From a bacterium (GTDB lineage Bacteria > JACRDZ01 > JAQUKH01), in assembly GCA_028719205.1 (NCBI GenBank), contig JAQUKH010000005.1, forward strand, positions 1 to 64,000: a stretch of DNA of 64,000 bases. Direction: 5' to 3'. A program made the translations under genes and the position numbers. The notes below the pieces were generated by a model. It saw nothing but the letters and a program-made list of their open reading frames with translations. It had not been told where the DNA came from and did not search any database. Every line of letters starts with the position of its first letter. Position 1 is the stretch's first letter. Positions 10,318 through 20,980 of this stretch are shown here, one piece after another.

Positions 10318-10776
10318 TTAATGTAAGATTTTCACCATTTCTTCTATTCTAATATCCGTCCCCGGATATACCAGATCCGGCGCTAGCTCCATTAAAGGCT
10401 CCAGTACAAAAAGCCTGTTTTTAGCCTCCGGGTGGGGAACGATCAATCCTTGTTTTTTTATAACCAGATCATTAAACAAAATAATATCGATATCAATTTT
10501 TCTCGGGCCCCATCTTAAAGATTTTACCCGGCCCATTTTCTTTTCTATAGATTTAATAAAAAAAAGCAATCCGTCCGGGGTCAATCCGGTTTCTATCTGT
10601 ATTACAGCATTAATAAAATCAGGTTGATTTTTTTCCCCTAAAGGAGATGTCTTATAAAAAGAGGAAATCTTTTTAACAGTTATCAATCCATATTTTCTAA
10701 TTTCGTTGACAGCATAATATAGGTTATTTCTTCTATCCCCAAGATTCGACCCCAGGCTTAAAAATATTCCTGCCAT
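10318..10776 (-). CDS. folK: 2-amino-4-hydroxy-6-hydroxymethyldihydropteridine diphosphokinase
   Basis: LSLGSNLG, RWGPRKIDIDI and VPHP. Confidence 0.97.
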   Translation of the reverse strand: MAGIFLSLGSNLGDRRNNLYYAVNEIRKYGLITVKKISSFYKTSPLGEKNQPDFINAVIQIETGLTPDGLLFFIKSIEKKMGRVKSLRWGPRKIDIDIILFNDLVIKKQGLIVPHPEAKNRLFVLEPLMELAPDLVYPGTDIRIEEMVKILH

Positions 10777-10786
10777 ATAAGTTTAT

Positions 10787-11143
10787 TTATATTTCCCTGC
10801 AAATCTCAACTGCCACATAATCTAATTGGCCGCCGATCAAAACCTGCGGTTTTTTAATTTGTAAAAATATTTTTTTGACATTACCTTTTTTCAGGACTTC
10901 ATCTGCTATTGTATCAGCCAATGCCTCCAATAGATTATATTTTTTCCTTGCCTGAATATTATTTATTAATTTATAGATCTCCTGATAATCCACAGTGTCC
11001 TTCAGATCATCGGTTTTACCGGGTTTTTTTAAGTCTAAAAACAATTCTATTGAAATGATTATTTTTTGACCGATTTCTTTTTCAAAATCCTTTGTCCCGT
11101 GGAAACCATGGAACACCATATCTTTTAGAACTATTTTATCCAT
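10787..11143 (-). CDS. folB: Dihydroneopterin aldolase
   Basis: FHGFHG, EKEIGQ, DTVDY and LLEALA. Confidence 0.95.
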   Translation of the reverse strand: MDKIVLKDMVFHGFHGTKDFEKEIGQKIIISIELFLDLKKPGKTDDLKDTVDYQEIYKLINNIQARKKYNLLEALADTIADEVLKKGNVKKIFLQIKKPQVLIGGQLDYVAVEICREI

Positions 11144-11170
11144 AATAATAAGTCACACGTCACAAGTTTA

Positions 11171-12343
11171 TTAAATTTTTAGCTTCCCGATTCTGTCCAA
11201 TGCTTCCTGCAATCTTTTTTTCTCTGTGGTCAGAGAAAAACGAATATAGCCTTCGCCCGCGCTTCCAAATCCCGCTCCCGGGGTAGCAACAATTCCGCAT
11301 TCTTTTATCAACGCAGTAGTTAATTCTCTGGAGGTCAATCCTTTTGGAACCGCAACCCAAACATAAAAAGTGGCCTCCGGATAAATTACATCCCATTTCA
11401 ATTTTTTTAAGCCATTAACGAAAAGGTTCCGTCTTTCCTGATAGACGTTGACTATCTCTTTTTTTATCTGTTTAGGCGACCTTAAAGCCTCAACAGCCGC
11501 TAATTGAACCGCCTGAAATATACCGGAATCCAGGTTGGTCTTGATCTGTCCCAGCCCGCTTAAGATATCTTTATTGCCGGCGGCAAAACCTATTCTCCAG
11601 CCGGCCATATTATATGTTTTAGAAAATGAATGAAACTCTATGCCTACATCCTTTGCTCCGTCAACCTCAAGAAAACTGATAATTTTCTTATCGTAATAAA
11701 TTTCGGAATACGCCGCATCATGGCATACAATAATATTATTTTTTGACGCGAATGCGACTACCTCCTCAAAAAATTCTTTATTCGCGACAGCGGTAGTCGG
11801 ATTATTCGGGTAATTAATGAACATTAATTTAGCTTTTTTTAAAACTTTCGGATCTATTTTTTTAAAATCCGGAAAGAAATTATTTTCTCTTAAAAGCGGC
11901 ATAAAATATGGAACCCCGCCCGCGAAAACAGTTCCTGCCTGATAAACAGGATACCCGGGATCAGGAACAAGAACAACATCTCCTTCATTAATAAAAGCTA
12001 ATGGAATATGTCCGATCCCCTCTTTTGAACCAATAAGCGCGAGAATTTCTGTTTCAGGATCCAAATTTACATTAAACCGTTCTTTATACCAGGAAGCCGT
12101 AGCTTTACGAAATTCGATCATCCCGATATATGACGGGTATCCGTGATTATTTTTATCAGCTATTTCATCCTGCGCCCTTTTAATTATATTGGACGGCGCA
12201 GGCAGATCCGGGCTTCCAACTCCAAGATCAATTATATCAATACCCTTTTTTTTTGCCTCTGTCTTTAAATTATCAAGTTCAGCAAAAAGGTAAACCGGCA
12301 ATTTTTTTAAACGCTCAGCCTTCTCAATTCTAATATTCACCAT
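11171..12343 (-). CDS. dapL: LL-diaminopimelate aminotransferase
   Basis: Class I PLP aminotransferase (NYPNNPT, SFSKTYNMAGWRIG, LIGSKEGIGH) in the dap/lys operon. Confidence 0.85.
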   Translation of the reverse strand: MVNIRIEKAERLKKLPVYLFAELDNLKTEAKKKGIDIIDLGVGSPDLPAPSNIIKRAQDEIADKNNHGYPSYIGMIEFRKATASWYKERFNVNLDPETEILALIGSKEGIGHIPLAFINEGDVVLVPDPGYPVYQAGTVFAGGVPYFMPLLRENNFFPDFKKIDPKVLKKAKLMFINYPNNPTTAVANKEFFEEVVAFASKNNIIVCHDAAYSEIYYDKKIISFLEVDGAKDVGIEFHSFSKTYNMAGWRIGFAAGNKDILSGLGQIKTNLDSGIFQAVQLAAVEALRSPKQIKKEIVNVYQERRNLFVNGLKKLKWDVIYPEATFYVWVAVPKGLTSRELTTALIKECGIVATPGAGFGSAGEGYIRFSLTTEKKRLQEALDRIGKLKI

Positions 12344-12370
12344 TTTCTCCTATATTATAAAAATACACCA

Positions 12371-12412
12371 CCCCTTTGTCCCCTCCTTAATAAGGAGGGG
12401 ATTCAGGGGAGG
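12371..12412. repeat. GC-rich palindromic intergenic element (REP-like hairpin)
   Basis: cccctcctta-a-taaggagggg inverted repeat with outer cccct/agggg arms. Confidence 0.5.
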
Positions 12413-13651
12413 TTATGAATAAACTACAAAACAATTTCTGCCCTTATTTTTGGCTTTATATAAAGCGACATCGGCATTTTTGATCAATTCAACAGCATTT
12501 AAAGAATTCTTCGGATAATTGCTTATCCCAATACTTACACTGACTTTCCTTTTATCATTTCCCCTGACAAAAAGATGGTTATCGATCTTTTTAACTATCC
12601 TGTCCGCGATAGGATGAATTTTAGATTCTTCTAACTGCGGCATAATCACGGAAAATTCATCGCCACCATAACGGCATAAAATATCTATATTACGGATACT
12701 CGCCTTCACAACTTTAACCAGTTCTGTCAATAAGGCATCCCCTTCAGGATGGCCGTGAGAATCATTATATTTTTTAAAATAATCAACATCGATCAACATA
12801 ACACTTAAGGGAATATTATGCCGCTCCGACCTGTCAAACTCCTCTTTTATCCTGCTCTGAAAATAACCAAAGTTATAAACATTAGTCATCGCGTCGATGA
12901 TCATTGACTTTTTTGCCTGCTCATATAACCTTGTATTTTCTAATGCCACCATTGTATGAGCCGTCAAGGTTGAAAGAAGCTGGATATTTTCTTCAGAATA
13001 ATCAACTCCCGCTTCTTCAATAAATTTACTGAGAAAATGAGGTTCGTTTAAATAATTCTTATCGGATTCCAGTTTGTGCAATGAGCCAGTCGCGTGAAAT
13101 TGGCAGTATTTGTCTCCCAACCCCCAGCATTTAGTCTCCTTAACAGACATCTTTTTCTTAAAAATATTCTCGGTAATACCCGCGATTATACCGGATTCAA
13201 AATAACAAATCGGCCTGCCGATCGGGAGCAATCCGGCGCAAGTGGCCGATTCATATAAATTAACCACCATCTTTTCGTCATCAAATTCTACGACTTCCAT
13301 GCGGCCTAATTTAAGCTTTTCAATAAATTCTATCATCTCCCTGATAGACCTTATAGGAAGCCTTACGCCTAACTGCTTGCCGCCATGATAACTAAAACTT
13401 GAGAAACTCTCTCCTAAAATACCCTTTAAACCAAGAAGCCTTATAAAACGATACAACAGAACAGATGTATCGTTCCCTAATTCTTCACGAGTTATCTGTT
13501 CAATATTATCAATATCCAGCCTTAAGATATTGTCTGTTTTTTCCATTTTTTCCACCCCCCCAGTATTTACCTTTGCCGTCCCGTCAGCAATTATAGTAAA
13601 AAGCCGGTTTACCGCGCTTTTTTTGTCCTGATCCCTGATATCCCCGTTCAT
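12413..13651 (-). CDS. Diguanylate cyclase with V4R (4-vinyl reductase) sensor domain
   Basis: V4R motif ESATC...CYFESGIIAG...ETKCWGLGDKYCQF; C-terminal RYGGDEF and ADVALYKAK. Confidence 0.88.
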   Translation of the reverse strand: MNGDIRDQDKKSAVNRLFTIIADGTAKVNTGGVEKMEKTDNILRLDIDNIEQITREELGNDTSVLLYRFIRLLGLKGILGESFSSFSYHGGKQLGVRLPIRSIREMIEFIEKLKLGRMEVVEFDDEKMVVNLYESATCAGLLPIGRPICYFESGIIAGITENIFKKKMSVKETKCWGLGDKYCQFHATGSLHKLESDKNYLNEPHFLSKFIEEAGVDYSEENIQLLSTLTAHTMVALENTRLYEQAKKSMIIDAMTNVYNFGYFQSRIKEEFDRSERHNIPLSVMLIDVDYFKKYNDSHGHPEGDALLTELVKVVKASIRNIDILCRYGGDEFSVIMPQLEESKIHPIADRIVKKIDNHLFVRGNDKRKVSVSIGISNYPKNSLNAVELIKNADVALYKAKNKGRNCFVVYS

Positions 13652-14457
13652 AGCTTTTTGATGCCCAGCACATCCTGCATATTATATAACCCGGGTTTCG
13701 CGTTAAATATAAACCTTGCCGCTTTTATCGCGCCAAAAACAAAAACCTCACGGTTGTGAGCTCTATGCGTAACCTCTATCCTCTCACCTGGCCCGGCAAA
13801 AACTATAGTGTGGTCCCCGACAATATCTCCTCCCCTGACCGCGTGGATCCCTATTTCATTTTTATTACGCGCGCCTGTAATTCCGGACCTGCCATAGACC
13901 CCGCATTCTTTGAGATCCCTGTTTAAACCGTCAGCAAGAAGTTCGGCAAGTTTCAAAGCTGTTCCTGACGGCGCGTCTTTCTTGAGATTATGATGCGCTT
14001 CAATTATTTCAATATTATAATCATCCCCAAGCATCTTCGCCAATTTTGGAGCAAGATAAAAAAGCGCGTTAACTCCTATACTCATATTTGGAGATAGAAC
14101 ACAAGGGATATTTTTTGAAATATTATTAATAATTGTAAGTTCAGGTTCGCTGAAACCTGTAGTCCCGATAACGATCGGTTTTTTAAAAGAATCAGCTATT
14201 TTTAAATGGCCAATGGACGTTTTCGGATTAACGAATTCAATAACTACATCCGCCCTGTCAATAACCTTTTCTAAAGACGGAGAAATATCTATACCCGACC
14301 TGCCTATACCAAGTATTTCGCCAATATCTTTATTAATATTTTTATGCTGTGGATTTTCAACCGCGCCGGATAATTTCATATCAGGCTGATCCGATAAATG
14401 CCGGATAATAGCTGAGCCCATGCGTCCACAGGCACCTGTAACAACAACATTGATCAT
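13648..14457 (-). CDS. dapB: 4-hydroxy-tetrahydrodipicolinate reductase
   Basis: GACGRMG, IGTTGF and EAHHNLKKDAPSGTA. Confidence 0.97.
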   Translation of the reverse strand: MINVVVTGACGRMGSAIIRHLSDQPDMKLSGAVENPQHKNINKDIGEILGIGRSGIDISPSLEKVIDRADVVIEFVNPKTSIGHLKIADSFKKPIVIGTTGFSEPELTIINNISKNIPCVLSPNMSIGVNALFYLAPKLAKMLGDDYNIEIIEAHHNLKKDAPSGTALKLAELLADGLNRDLKECGVYGRSGITGARNKNEIGIHAVRGGDIVGDHTIVFAGPGERIEVTHRAHNREVFVFGAIKAARFIFNAKPGLYNMQDVLGIKKL

Positions 14458-14475
14458 ATAAATCTCCTTCCTCCC

Positions 14476-15351
14476 CTACGAAATCAATCCGTTTGCCTTT
14501 AATGCCAGTTTAAGGGCATTAATATTTTCATCAGTCATCGGGCAAAGAGGAAGCCTCAATTCAGGCGATACCATACCCATCATTGATAATGCCGTTTTAA
14601 CCGGAATAGGATTAGTTTCTAAAAAACACGCCTTCGTTAACGGAAATATCTTATAATGTAATTCTTTCGCCTTCTTTGTGTTGCCGCTGATAAATTCCTC
14701 TATGAGCCTGCTGACCAATCCGGGAACAATATTAGCAACGACCGATATCACGCCATGGCCGCCGATAGATAAAAACGGCAAAATCGTATAATCATCGCCG
14801 GAGAGCATAGTAAATCTGTCACCGCATAATTTAATGATCTCCGATGCCTGTTTTAAATCACCTGTGGCTTCTTTGATACCGACAATATTCTGGATCTTTG
14901 ATAATTCATAAACCGTCTGAGGTAAAATATTTGTTCCTGTCCTTGTCGGAACATTATAAATAATGATCGGAATATCCACGCTTTTCGCGATCTTTTCATA
15001 ATGCATAAATAATCCGCGCGGCGTCGGGCGGTTATAATAAGGAGTTATCAATAACGCTCCGTCAGCTCCTATACTCTTGGCAAATTTTGTTAATTCCAGA
15101 GCCTCTTCGGTATTATTTGATCCCGCGCCGGCAATTACCGGTACTCTTTTATTTACCGTAGATACTGTTATTTCCACTACCCGCTTATGTTCCGCGAAAG
15201 CGAGAGTAGCCGATTCTCCTGTCGTACCGCAGGGGATAATGCCTTTTATACCGTTTTTAAGCTGAAATTCTATTAATTTTTGTAATGCACCTTCATCAAC
15301 TTTTCCCGCTTTAAAAGGGGTAACGATAGCTGTCATCGCGCCTTGAAACAT
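14476..15351 (-). CDS. dapA: 4-hydroxy-tetrahydrodipicolinate synthase
   Basis: GTTGES, TPYYNRP, YNVPTRTG and GIKEATG. Confidence 0.97.
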   Translation of the reverse strand: MFQGAMTAIVTPFKAGKVDEGALQKLIEFQLKNGIKGIIPCGTTGESATLAFAEHKRVVEITVSTVNKRVPVIAGAGSNNTEEALELTKFAKSIGADGALLITPYYNRPTPRGLFMHYEKIAKSVDIPIIIYNVPTRTGTNILPQTVYELSKIQNIVGIKEATGDLKQASEIIKLCGDRFTMLSGDDYTILPFLSIGGHGVISVVANIVPGLVSRLIEEFISGNTKKAKELHYKIFPLTKACFLETNPIPVKTALSMMGMVSPELRLPLCPMTDENINALKLALKANGLIS

Positions 15352-15372
15352 TTTTAAACCTCCTGTGTTTTT

Positions 15373-15436
15373 GTAGGGGCAGCCCTGCGTGGCTGCCCTC
15401 TTTCTATTTCAGGGCGACCACATAGGGTCACCCCTA
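15373..15436. repeat. REP doublet (GTAG-type REP/REPIN)
   Basis: GTAGGGGCAGCC-ctgcgt-GGCTGCCC followed by the inverted unit GGGCGACC-acatag-GGTCACCCCTA; related element at 45056. Confidence 0.75.
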
Positions 15437-16267
15437 TACCTGTATTATACCTTCATAAACAACTGACGCTTTTCCTTCCAGCAAAACATTATATATTTTC
15501 CGGTCCTTTTCTTTAAAATGCACGCGTAACATGCCGCCTTTAGTTATAACACTGACCGGAGCCGTTAAATTTTTCTTTAAAAATGAAATGATCGCGCTTG
15601 CCACGGAACCTGTCCCGCAGGCTAAGGTCTCATCCTCAACGCCGCGTTCGTAGGTCCTTACTTTTATAACATTATCCGAAATGACCTGAACAAAATTTAC
15701 ATTTGTACCGTGAGGGGAAAACTCCGGATAATTCCGTATTTCTTTTCCCAATTTGTTTACATCGACTTTGTCCAGATTATCAGTAAAAAATACCACATGA
15801 GGCACGCCGGTGTTAATAAAAGATACCTCTTTCGTCATCTCCCTGAATTTCAAATTTAAATTCAGCCTGATCTGTTCAGGTTCAGGCATTGACAGGCTGA
15901 TCATATCTTTTTTTACCTGCGCTTTTATCGGCCCGGCTTTCGTCTCCATGGATATATTTTGTTTTTTACAAAATTTTAAATGCGCGAACCTGGCCGCGCA
16001 GCGGGCACCGTTACCGCACATTTCCGCTTCACCGCCATCAGGATTAAAAACCCTCATCTTAAAATCACCGGTTTCAGAACGCTCTATCAAAAGCATCCCA
16101 TCAGCCCCTATCGACCAGCGGCGTAAACATAATGTTTTCGCGAGATTAGATTTATCCTTTTCTAAAATACCATCATCCCGGTTGTCTACAACCACGAAAT
16201 CATTTCCTGTACCGACCATCTTGGTAAAATTTATTTCTACCATCAATTTCCTTTTTATTGCTTTCAT
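15434..16267 (-). CDS. dapF: Diaminopimelate epimerase
   Basis: GTGNDF, EMCGNGARC and RTYERGVEDETLACGTG. Confidence 0.97.
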   Translation of the reverse strand: MKAIKRKLMVEINFTKMVGTGNDFVVVDNRDDGILEKDKSNLAKTLCLRRWSIGADGMLLIERSETGDFKMRVFNPDGGEAEMCGNGARCAARFAHLKFCKKQNISMETKAGPIKAQVKKDMISLSMPEPEQIRLNLNLKFREMTKEVSFINTGVPHVVFFTDNLDKVDVNKLGKEIRNYPEFSPHGTNVNFVQVISDNVIKVRTYERGVEDETLACGTGSVASAIISFLKKNLTAPVSVITKGGMLRVHFKEKDRKIYNVLLEGKASVVYEGIIQV

Positions 16268-17523
16268 ACTCCAACCGCTGTTTTCTGATTAACCAGTAAA
16301 TCACTCAAATTTTCCCTGTCCCGGATCAAATAATATTTATCACCTTTTACTAATACTTCCGCCGGCTTTAAACGAAAATTATAATTTGAAGCCATGGAAA
16401 ACCCGTAAGCACCGGCTGACCTTACACAAAGATAACTATTATTATTAACAAACGGCATGGCCCTTTCCTTTGCCAGAAAATCACCTGATTCACAAACTGG
16501 CCCGACTATGTCCGCCTTGATCATCTTGTTACTTTTATTTACACACGGAATGATTTCATGATACGCGTCATATAATGAAGGGCGTATAAGATCGTTCATC
16601 CCCGCGTCAATAATGACAAAATTTTTATTGCGTTTATTTTTCAAATATAAAACCTTTGTCAGAAGCACCCCTGTATTGCCGACTATAGACCGCCCGGGCT
16701 CCAATATTAATGTTACACCTAATTCCTCAATTAAAGGTAATATTCTTTTAGCAAGCATTGAGAGCGCCGGCACTTTTTCATTTTTATAAGTGATACCGAG
16801 CCCGCCGCCCAGATCCAGTAAACTTATCTTTATACCTTTTTTATTCAGTTTTTTTACCAGGCCAACCAGTTTATGGGCCGCTTCAATAATCGGTGAAAGC
16901 TTTGTTAATTGCGATCCAATGTGCATCTGGCACCCGACAACCTCTATTCCTTTTAAACGGGCCGCTTTTTGATAAAGCTTCTCTGCCTCTTTTATATCGA
17001 TCCCGAATTTGCTGAGTGCTAAACCTGTGGCAATATAATGATGTGTTTCAGGGTCAACATCAGGATTTATCCGGAAACTTATCCTGGCTTTTTTATTCAG
17101 GCTTATCGCAATCCGGTTTATCTCCAAAAGCTCTTCCTCGGACTCAACATTAAACATAAGAATATCCGAATTTAAAGCGTAAAGGATCTCATCCCCTCTC
17201 TTACCGACACCGCTATAAACGATCTTTTTCGGGGAAATCCCGGCTTTCAAAGAAACAAATAACTCTCCGCCGGAGACGATATCAGCCCCAAAACCTGATC
17301 TTCCTATTATCCGTAAAAGTTCAAAATTACTGTTAGCCTTGCAGGCATAACAAAACAGTGTTTTACAGGAAGAAAATGCTTCCTGATATGCCTTAATATT
17401 TTTTGTTAATTCGGAAAAACTGTAAACATAGAGAGGTGTTCCAAATTTATTAACCAGTTTTTCAAAATCAACATTCTCAATAAATAATCTTTTATTTCTA
17501 TAATTTAAATATTCTTCTGCCAT
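16264..17523 (-). CDS. lysA: Diaminopimelate decarboxylase
   Basis: YACKANS, HIGSQ, EPGRSIV and GPVCESGD. Confidence 0.97.
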   Translation of the reverse strand: MAEEYLNYRNKRLFIENVDFEKLVNKFGTPLYVYSFSELTKNIKAYQEAFSSCKTLFCYACKANSNFELLRIIGRSGFGADIVSGGELFVSLKAGISPKKIVYSGVGKRGDEILYALNSDILMFNVESEEELLEINRIAISLNKKARISFRINPDVDPETHHYIATGLALSKFGIDIKEAEKLYQKAARLKGIEVVGCQMHIGSQLTKLSPIIEAAHKLVGLVKKLNKKGIKISLLDLGGGLGITYKNEKVPALSMLAKRILPLIEELGVTLILEPGRSIVGNTGVLLTKVLYLKNKRNKNFVIIDAGMNDLIRPSLYDAYHEIIPCVNKSNKMIKADIVGPVCESGDFLAKERAMPFVNNNSYLCVRSAGAYGFSMASNYNFRLKPAEVLVKGDKYYLIRDRENLSDLLVNQKTAVGV

Positions 17524-17599
17524 TTTAATACTATTTTACTTAATTATTGATTTTATTAAAAAAATCTACTACTGTCAAATAAATAATGCCAAAAATAAA

Positions 17600-17663
17600 A
17601 AACCTTCGAATATCAAATCGAAGGTTTCTTCTAAAAAAAAAGCCGACGATTAGTCAGCTTTTT
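17600..17663 (-). terminator. Two hairpins downstream of the small ORF
   Basis: aaaccttcga...tcgaaggttt and aaaaaaaagccgac-gatta-gtcagcttttt. Confidence 0.55.
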
Positions 17664-17687
17664 CTATTAATCAGATAATAAAAATTT

Positions 17688-17846
17688 TTAGTGGTGCGCT
17701 GCGCCGATCCCCAGATACACGACAACCACGTGTTTAACCATTCCGACTAAAAAATAACCTAAGAGAGATCCGTAACTGACAAGTTCAATCCATATCAAAG
17801 CTTTTTTGCCTGAACTCAATTCACCATGATGAGCGTTTTCTGACAT
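17688..17846 (-). CDS. Small membrane protein, 52 aa (not in ORF track)
   Basis: AGGAGG RBS, then MSENAHHGELSSGKKALIWIELVSYGSLLGYFLVGMVKHVVVVYLGIGAAHH*, followed by terminator hairpins. Confidence 0.7.
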   Translation of the reverse strand: MSENAHHGELSSGKKALIWIELVSYGSLLGYFLVGMVKHVVVVYLGIGAAHH

Positions 17847-17949
17847 ATCCTTGTCCTCCTATTTGGATTAACATTTTTTACTTTTCAAAATCCTCAAAAT
17901 ATCATAACACAAAAGAACACATTGTCAAGAATTTTTTAGTATAATATTT

Positions 17950-18336
17950 CTACTTTGAAGTACCGGGATTTTTTTTCTTATAATCTTCTATTGCTTTATG
18001 CAGGGCGTCCGCGCCGAGATTAGAGCAATGAAGTTTGCTCGGAGGCAAACCTCCTAATTCATCTGCAACCATCTGGTTGTTTAATTTTAAAGCCTCTTCT
18101 ATGGTTTTACCTTTTGCCAATTCACTTACTATACTGGAAACCGCTATAGCCGCGCCGCAGCCGAAGGTCTTGAATTTTACATCCACCAAAATATTGTCTT
18201 TTACTTTGATATAAAAAGTCATCAAATCCCCGCAAACAGGATTTCCTACCGTACCCACGCCGTCGGCATCAGGTATCTCTCCGACATTTCTTGGGTTTTT
18301 AAAATGATCTAAAACTTTTTCTGTATATTCAAACAT
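17950..18336 (-). CDS. nifU: Fe-S cluster scaffold NifU/IscU
   Basis: DHFKNPRNVG, NPVCGD, TFGCGAAIA and KLHCSNL. Confidence 0.93.
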   Translation of the reverse strand: MFEYTEKVLDHFKNPRNVGEIPDADGVGTVGNPVCGDLMTFYIKVKDNILVDVKFKTFGCGAAIAVSSIVSELAKGKTIEEALKLNNQMVADELGGLPPSKLHCSNLGADALHKAIEDYKKKNPGTSK

Positions 18337-18339
18337 GAT

Positions 18340-19050
18340 TTATATTCCTCCGCCGTCTATCCACGTATTTGTCTCTCTTTTATAGCCGGTCAGCATATCA
18401 GATGAAAATATATTGTGATCTTTTTCCATCCGCTTTATTCTGTCTTCCAATTCTTCCTGCATTTTCAAAATGATTTTCACTACATCAGCGATAGGGTCAG
18501 GCAAAACCCCGTGATCCAAATCTAATGGGTGCGCCTTAGGGTATTCAATGATCCTGCCCGGGACACCGACCACCGTAGCATCATTAGGAACTGATTTCAC
18601 AACCACTGAGTTGGATCCGATCCTGACATTATCCCCTATTGTAATCGCCCCTAAAACACAGGCATTTGAACCGACTACAACATTCTTGCCGAGAGTAGGA
18701 TGCCTTTTTTTCTTTTCTAAACTGACACCTCCAAGCACAACCCCCTTGTAGATCAGACAGTTTTCCCCTATCTCAGCTGTTTCCCCGATAACAACACCCA
18801 TCCCATGATCTATAAAAACTTTTCTTCCTATCTTTGCACCCGGATGTATCTCTATTCCTGTCAAAAATCTTGCAAAGTGCGATATCAAACGGGCTAAAGT
18901 ATAAAAATTATTATTATACAAAAAATGCGCTATTTTATGGAACCAAATAGCATGCAGCCCGGGATAACAAAACAAAACTTCTATAATATTTTTAGCAGCC
19001 GGGTCTTTTTCAAAAACTGATTTAATATCTTCTTTAATTATCTGAAACAT
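18340..19050 (-). CDS. cysE: Serine O-acetyltransferase
   Basis: [30 protein letters not shown] and KRHPT. Confidence 0.96.
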   Translation of the reverse strand: MFQIIKEDIKSVFEKDPAAKNIIEVLFCYPGLHAIWFHKIAHFLYNNNFYTLARLISHFARFLTGIEIHPGAKIGRKVFIDHGMGVVIGETAEIGENCLIYKGVVLGGVSLEKKKRHPTLGKNVVVGSNACVLGAITIGDNVRIGSNSVVVKSVPNDATVVGVPGRIIEYPKAHPLDLDHGVLPDPIADVVKIILKMQEELEDRIKRMEKDHNIFSSDMLTGYKRETNTWIDGGGI

Positions 19051-20902
19051 CGCTTGCTTCTTCTAATTCCTCGATATTATCCTTTTTGGATTTTTTACCT
19101 TTTTTCTCTTCCTCTTCGGAATGCTCCCCTACTTTTTTAGTCCTCTTTTTCTTCAACGATTTTTTAACCGCGTCGGCAAGAGTAATTTCTGTTGACCCAT
19201 GAGTTTTGTTATATTCTTCTACTATTCTTGCTTCTTCTTCTTTGGCAAATGCCTTCTGGCTTAAAATGATCTGTCTTGCTATCAGGTCTACTTTTACAAC
19301 TTTTGTCTCTAATGTTTTCCCTAAAAGTTCAGATTTGTCTTTTTTTATCAACCCGTCTAAAACTTCGCTGAATGACAAAAATCCTGAAAATTCATTTTCA
19401 AGTTCAACTACATAACCGTTGGAAGTTATTTCATTAACTTTAGCATTAAATATCTGCTTGTCTTTGTAGGTCTTCTCAAATTCAGCAAGAGGATCTTCTG
19501 TAAGCTGTTTGACTCCCAGAGATATTTTTTCTTTTGCTTTATCGACATTCAAGATCAAAGCTTCGATTTGCTGTCCTACTTTATAAACCTCATTCGGATG
19601 GTTTATTTTTTTGGTCCAGGAAATATCAGTTATATAAATTAATCCCTCCAACCCTTCTTCCAGCTCCACAAAAACTCCAAAATCCGTAATGTTGGAAACT
19701 TTACAATTAACCCTGGATCCTATCGGGTATTTTCTGTCTATTGTTTCCCAGGGATTTGGCTGAGTTTGTTTTAAACCAAGCGACAACCGCCTGTTATCTT
19801 TATCAATAGATAAAATAGCGACCGGTGTAATTTGCAAAACTTTCAGAACCTGGGACGGATTTGTGATCCTTTTCACCCATGACATATCCGAATTATGGAT
19901 AAGCCCTTCAATACCTTCTTCAATTTCCACAAAAGCCCCGTAATCCATAAGGTTAGTTACTTTGCCGTTCACAATCTGGCCTACCTGGTATTTCTGTCCG
20001 ATTATTTCCCATGGATCAGATGTTTTCTGTTTCAAGCCCAAAGATATTTTATTTTTTTCACGGTCAAAACTGATTATTTTGACTTCTATTTTCTGGCCGA
20101 GTGAAACTTTATCCGATGGATGTTTGATCTTTCCCCAGGACATATCTGTAATGTGTAATAATCCATCCATGCCGCCAAGATCCACAAACGCGCCAAAGGC
20201 AGTAATATTTTTAACAATACCTTCTTTTATCTGGCCTTCCTGTAAAGTAGAAATAATTTCTCCGCGTTTAGATTCTCTATCTTCCTCCAAAACTATCCTT
20301 CTGGAAAGAACTATATTATTTAATACTCTGTTAACCTTTATAATTCTCATCGGGAAAACTTTCCCGACAACATCTTCAATGCGCGATATCGGCCTTACGT
20401 CAAGCTGTGAAGCCGGAAGAAAGGCTTTAACTCCGATATCCACCTCAAAACCACCCTTTATCTGTTTAATGATCTTACCATCCACCATTTTCTGGTTGTC
20501 ATAGGAATCAACAATTTTATCCCACGTAACCATATACGCGGCTTTTTCCCGTGACAGGACCACTAACCCATTTTTGTTCTCTATTTTTTCCAGGAATACA
20601 TTTACTTCATCCCCTTCCTTTATCGTAAGCTTTCCTTCACGGTCAAGAAATTCGGTTTTAGGGACAACACCTTCCGATTTATAACTAATATCTATGATCA
20701 CTTCATCACTCTTGATCTTTACAACCTTCCCCTTAATGATATTCCCTTCTTTTAGAGATGCCATTGATGAATAATAAGCCTGTTCTAATCCCAGACTATC
20801 AACATCCATTAACACCTCCTGCATACCTTCTCTCTTCCCTTCCATAGCCGTATCCACACTTTCTTTTTCAACTGTTTTTACTGCTTTTCTGCCTCGCTCC
20901 AT
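19034..20902 (-). CDS. rpsA: 30S ribosomal protein S1
   Basis: Tandem S1 domains ([28 protein letters not shown]). Confidence 0.96.
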   Translation of the reverse strand: MERGRKAVKTVEKESVDTAMEGKREGMQEVLMDVDSLGLEQAYYSSMASLKEGNIIKGKVVKIKSDEVIIDISYKSEGVVPKTEFLDREGKLTIKEGDEVNVFLEKIENKNGLVVLSREKAAYMVTWDKIVDSYDNQKMVDGKIIKQIKGGFEVDIGVKAFLPASQLDVRPISRIEDVVGKVFPMRIIKVNRVLNNIVLSRRIVLEEDRESKRGEIISTLQEGQIKEGIVKNITAFGAFVDLGGMDGLLHITDMSWGKIKHPSDKVSLGQKIEVKIISFDREKNKISLGLKQKTSDPWEIIGQKYQVGQIVNGKVTNLMDYGAFVEIEEGIEGLIHNSDMSWVKRITNPSQVLKVLQITPVAILSIDKDNRRLSLGLKQTQPNPWETIDRKYPIGSRVNCKVSNITDFGVFVELEEGLEGLIYITDISWTKKINHPNEVYKVGQQIEALILNVDKAKEKISLGVKQLTEDPLAEFEKTYKDKQIFNAKVNEITSNGYVVELENEFSGFLSFSEVLDGLIKKDKSELLGKTLETKVVKVDLIARQIILSQKAFAKEEEARIVEEYNKTHGSTEITLADAVKKSLKKKRTKKVGEHSEEEEKKGKKSKKDNIEELEEASDVSDN

Positions 20903-20980
20903 TAAAAAAATACCTCCCCTTTCCTAGAATTAGCCCCGCTCTTTTTTATACTTCAAGAAGGGCTATTTGTAAATTTTTTA

